From Gammaproteobacteria bacterium (GTDB lineage: Bacteria > Pseudomonadota > Gammaproteobacteria > Arenicellales > Poriferihabitantaceae), in contig JAUVBY010000004.1 of NCBI GenBank assembly GCA_030590945.1, positions 1 to 59,605 on the forward strand: a DNA stretch of 59,605 nt. Reading direction: 5' to 3'. The notes under the pieces were generated by a model. It had not been told where the DNA came from. It saw only the letters and a list, made by a program, of their open reading frames with translations, and made no database searches. Position numbers and translations under genes: made by a program. Positions 57,166 to 59,605 of this stretch are shown here, in pieces; position 1 is the stretch's first letter; each line of letters opens with the position of its first letter.

Positions 57166-57978
57166 ATGCCCGAACTTCCTGAAGTAGAAACAACCCTGAG
57201 GGGCATTGAAAAACCGCTGTCCGGCGCAAAAATTGAATGCCTGCGAATTCGTGATTCACGCCTGCGCTGGCCGATTCCTGATGATCTGGGTGCGCGCGTT
57301 GAGGGCAGGCGTATCGTTTCGCTGCAGCGTCGTGCAAAATATATACTGATAAACCTTGAGCCCGGCAGCCTGATCTGGCACCTGGGCATGTCGGGTTCGA
57401 TGCGCATCGTGAATAAATCGACGGAGTTACGCAAACATGATCACGTGGATCTGGTGCTCAGCAATGAAGTAATACTGCGCTATAATGACCCGCGAAGATT
57501 TGGTTGCCTGTTGTGGGCCGACGATGCGCTGGCACACCCTTTGCTCCGTTCACTTGGCCCTGAGCCGCTGGATGCAGAATTCAATGGTACTTATCTGTAT
57601 AAAAAATCACGCGGCAGGCGTATCGCAATAAAATCATTTATCATGGATCAGAAGGTAGTCGTCGGGGTGGGGAATATTTACGCCAGCGAGGCCCTGTTTC
57701 TGGCAGGAATTCGACCAGCCCGGCAGGCTTCCCGAATTTCCCTCGCCCGTTATGATGCGCTGGCGGTACACATCAAAGGCGTATTACAGCGCGCGATTGC
57801 ACAGGGCGGAACCACGCTGCGTGATTTTTCGCAGGCCGATGGCCGGCCCGGATATTTTGAGCAGCAGTTGCACGTTTATGGACGGGAAAAGCAGCCGTGT
57901 ACGCTATGCGGCCATGCGATCAGCAATAAGGTTATCGGTCAGAGGGCCAGTTACTATTGCCCAAAGTGTCAGATTTAG
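57166..57978 (+). CDS. mutM: Formamidopyrimidine-DNA glycosylase
   Basis: MPELPEVET, HLGMSG, GVGNIYASE, C-terminal zinc finger. Confidence 0.98.
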   Translation: MPELPEVETTLRGIEKPLSGAKIECLRIRDSRLRWPIPDDLGARVEGRRIVSLQRRAKYILINLEPGSLIWHLGMSGSMRIVNKSTELRKHDHVDLVLSNEVILRYNDPRRFGCLLWADDALAHPLLRSLGPEPLDAEFNGTYLYKKSRGRRIAIKSFIMDQKVVVGVGNIYASEALFLAGIRPARQASRISLARYDALAVHIKGVLQRAIAQGGTTLRDFSQADGRPGYFEQQLHVYGREKQPCTLCGHAISNKVIGQRASYYCPKCQI

Positions 57979-58613
57979 TTGCCCAGACCGCTAAACGCAA
58001 GATATATTGATAGTATTACAAACAGACCACTGGTAACGCCCGCGAGTAAACGCGGTGACAGATGTGAGATGATGGGTTGGAGCCTCCCTGCTACGAGCGC
58101 AATTGTGCAGAATATAATGGCGGTTTGTACTACAAATATCGTGCCGAGAATAAATATTTGCAGGGCTTTATAATCACTGCCCTGATCTACAAATTGCGGA
58201 AAGAAAGCCAGGAAAAACAGTGCGACCTTGGGATTTAACAGGTTCATTAATACCCCGCGCTGAAATAACTTAAAACTCGATTCCGGGGCCTGTTCTACGC
58301 GCGGATTGTGCGATGAAAAATTCAATGGATGTTGCCAGCTTTGCCACGCAAGATACAGCAGGTACATCACCCCCAGGACTTTAATGGCTGAAAATGCCAG
58401 GGGTGAGGCGAGTATCAGAGCGCTCAAGCCAAGTGCGACCGCAGCCGTATGCGCGAAATTCCCGATGGCCATGCCCAGCGCAGTGGGAATACCCGCCCGA
58501 CTGCCATTGACGATGCTCAGGCTGAGTACAAATAGATTGTCCGGACCGGGTAGCAAGGTCAGGCCAATGGAGGCCAATAAAAATGGTATTAATACGCTAA
58601 ATTCGGGTAACAC
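57975..58613 (-). CDS. LysE/RhtB family translocator
   Basis: PGPD, NLLNPK. Confidence 0.92.
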   Translation of the reverse strand: MLPEFSVLIPFLLASIGLTLLPGPDNLFVLSLSIVNGSRAGIPTALGMAIGNFAHTAAVALGLSALILASPLAFSAIKVLGVMYLLYLAWQSWQHPLNFSSHNPRVEQAPESSFKLFQRGVLMNLLNPKVALFFLAFFPQFVDQGSDYKALQIFILGTIFVVQTAIIFCTIALVAGRLQPIISHLSPRLLAGVTSGLFVILSIYLAFSGLGN

Positions 58614-58669
58614 GTCATCGCCTGTTGATATAATCGGCTTCGAATTTTACGGGATTATGTACAAGCAGT

Positions 58670-59167
58670 ATGATTATTCGTCCTAATCTGTTGATGTTTC
58701 CGTTGCTGGTAATGGTTTTCATTGTACCGCTGGCTAACGCGCAGGGATGCCAGCTTACGCCCGGCTGGGGGTCGATGCGTAAAGCCGAGATTACCTTAAA
58801 ACAGAACGCAGAATATATCTCTATGGTCGTTCGTGTGGCAGAAAATTCGCAGCAGCGTAGAGCGGGCTATCAGCGGATTTGTGAGCAGGATGCGGCTAAT
58901 ACCGCAGTATTGTTCGTGTTTCCAAAATCGATACACAGCTATTTTCATATGCGTAATGTATACGTACCCCTGGATATTTATTTTTTCGATGCTGCCGGGA
59001 ATCAGGTAGACGCGATGGTCATGCGCCCGGAGCCACCGGGGCGGGATATCACGCCACGCTACTACCAGCCTGACGGCGCGTTTCGCTATGCTCTTGAAAT
59101 CGCCCGCCCGCAGACCCAATTAGATTCTGTACCAGCGCCTATGCGTTTGTTGCCTGAATCTTTATAG
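58670..59167 (+). CDS. DUF192 domain protein
   Basis: LFVF, FHMRNVYVPLDIYF, ALE. Confidence 0.85.
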   Translation: MIIRPNLLMFPLLVMVFIVPLANAQGCQLTPGWGSMRKAEITLKQNAEYISMVVRVAENSQQRRAGYQRICEQDAANTAVLFVFPKSIHSYFHMRNVYVPLDIYFFDAAGNQVDAMVMRPEPPGRDITPRYYQPDGAFRYALEIARPQTQLDSVPAPMRLLPESL

Positions 59168-59183
59168 AACCTTATTCAATATT

Positions 59184-59453
59184 ATGCCCATTTCTGAATC
59201 CCCCAAACTGAGCCTTTATCATCGCAGCTTTTGCATGTTCTGTTCGCGGGTGATCAATGCTATCAAAGGCCTGGATATTGATGTTGACGGAAAAAATATC
59301 TGGCAGGATAGTGATGCGCTGCATGAACTTGAATCGGCAATGGGCAGGGCGACAGTACCTGTGTTGCGGATTGAGGCGGCGGATGGGGAAGTCATGTGGA
59401 TGCCGGAGTCGAATGATATTGTCCGGTATTTGAGTAATCATAAAATAAAATAA
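59184..59453 (+). CDS. Glutaredoxin-family protein
   Basis: CMFC, TVPVL, WMPESNDIVRYL. Confidence 0.88.
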   Translation: MPISESPKLSLYHRSFCMFCSRVINAIKGLDIDVDGKNIWQDSDALHELESAMGRATVPVLRIEAADGEVMWMPESNDIVRYLSNHKIK

Positions 59454-59605
59454 AGTAACCAATAAAACCATATAGATAAATGTAGTCTCATTCTCCCATG
59501 GATGTCTATGGGGTATATCGTGGGGGAATTTGGTCTAAATCCTGACCCGTATGCTCCCCGTATTCCTGAGCCAAAAAATCAAATCCAAGTAAACCTAGAA
59601 CCCAA

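Noticed and set aside
14253-59453. Many antisense or alternative-frame ORFs overlapping core genes
   Set aside because: Shadows of well-supported genes with no independent motifs
59505-59560. GGGGTATATCGTGGGGGAAT as an integrase arm-type site or REP at the right edge
   Set aside because: Too short and cut off by the window end to support a call

Overview
Chromosomal window from a gammaproteobacterium. The gene content (DsrE-type protein, PPi-type phosphofructokinase, aa3-type cox operon) hints at a sulfur-oxidiser-like lineage, but this is inference. From about 7.5 kb to the end it is mostly core genome: nhaA, glnK-amtB, a ClC channel, ubiE-ubiJ-ubiB, pfp, ctaB and the coxB-coxA-ctaG-coxC cluster with SURF1, glyQ-glyS-gmhB-plsC, mrcA-mlaA-apaH-RluA-MFS, serC-serA, ctaA, argD, fabA-fabB, hemX-hemY and mutM, with several distinct REP/MITE-like elements between genes. 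The first 7.4 kb is an accessory hotspot with no recombinase gene. It holds an ORF-less class C group II intron (303-954) inserted just behind a Rho-independent terminator. A near-identical unoccupied copy of that site (7037-7078) lies behind a probable paralogous gene with a Tat-type leader, and that gene is bracketed by a 14-bp direct repeat whose left copy forms a hairpin. The hotspot also has an IS1111-like end remnant, an intact integron-type cassette with attC encoding a 34-aa Lys-rich peptide, a decayed attC and a REP pair enclosing an 11-bp tandem repeat. No tRNA, rRNA or CRISPR array was seen. All product calls come from reading motifs by eye, not from database searches.
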